From an uncultured Erysipelotrichaceae bacterium (lineage in GTDB: Bacteria; Bacillota_I; Bacilli_A; Erysipelotrichales; Erysipelotrichaceae): a stretch of DNA of 6,016 nt. Of the stretch, positions 5,886 to 6,016 are shown one piece after another. The first letter of the stretch is position 1. Each line of letters opens with the position of its first letter. The notes under the pieces are model-generated. The model had not been told where the DNA came from and ran no database searches. It saw nothing but the letters and a program-made list of their open reading frames with translations. Position numbers and translations under genes: made by a program. Where the stretch lies: assembly GCA_964457525.1 (NCBI GenBank), contig CAYWGS010000094.1:1-6016 (forward strand). Reading direction: 5' to 3'.

Positions 5886-6016
5886 ATGAGACGTAAGATA
5901 CTTATTTGGGGATTATACTTTATCGTATGGCAAGTAATAGCGATGTTGGTGAATCAATCGATATTATTACCATCTTTTTTTGATGTACTTATTCGTTTAT
6001 TTAGTATATTAAGTGA
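5886..6016 (+). CDS. N-terminus of an integral membrane protein, probably an ABC transporter permease of the NitT/TauT (SsuC/TauC-like) type. 3'-truncated by the window edge and not in the supplied ORF track.
   Basis: My own translation from ATG 5886 gives MRRKILIWGLYFIVWQVIAMLVNQSILLPSFFDVLIRLFSILS..., open to the window end, with an in-frame TGA at 5871-5873 upstream. It shows a basic N-terminus, a TM helix, and the W..IA......ILPS...V...L motif typical of the first TM / periplasmic turn of these permeases. Only 43 residues are visible. Confidence 0.5.
   Translation, partial: MRRKILIWGLYFIVWQVIAMLVNQSILLPSFFDVLIRLFSILS

Noticed and set aside
1-6016. Alternative genetic code (Mollicutes code 4, TGA = Trp), considered because of the AT-richness and lipoprotein content.
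   Set aside because: All conserved Trp positions I checked use TGG. All genes are intact under code 11. TGA functions as the stop of the small lipoprotein, exactly at the ATGA overlap with the pirin start.
1-6016. Mobile elements, CRISPR arrays, tRNA/rRNA genes, riboswitches or long repeats.
   Set aside because: No transposase or integrase-like translation appears in any frame, and I saw no repeat-spacer periodicity. Every non-coding gap is 85 bp or shorter and is already explained by a terminator hairpin or promoter/SD elements, leaving too little room for a structured RNA. A thrS T-box, if present, would lie upstream of the window.

Overview
This is an AT-rich chromosomal segment that looks like a low-GC Gram-positive (Bacillota or Erysipelotrichia/Acholeplasma-like) genome. 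It uses the standard code: Trp is TGG and TGA serves as a real stop at 5495-5497. The window is tightly packed, with nine protein genes in five apparent transcription units. (1) The 3' ~1.4 kb of thrS overlaps by 1 nt (TAATG) with a lipoprotein that looks like an ABC-type solute-binding protein. (2) A stand-alone bioY (ECF biotin S-component). (3) A leftward PAT-family GNAT acetyltransferase. (4) Divergent from it, an uncharacterised 171-aa Cys-motif protein abuts a HAD phosphatase (TAAATG). (5) A leftward small lipoprotein and pirin pair with an ATGA overlap. The N-terminus of a probable ABC permease then runs off the right edge. Intergenic regions are very short (22-85 bp) and are fully accounted for by hairpin terminators, -10 boxes and Shine-Dalgarno sites. 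I see no rRNA, tRNA, CRISPR, IS or transposase, integrase, phage, toxin-antitoxin or recognisable defence genes, and no long repeats. I do not find convincing evidence of a novel multi-gene system. The best leads are the Cys4 protein + HAD operon facing the PAT acetyltransferase, the thrS-coupled binding lipoprotein, the lipoprotein-pirin coupling, and a probable leaderless permease mRNA fired from back-to-back extended -10 promoters. All functional calls rest on motif recognition in the supplied translations; no database search was possible.
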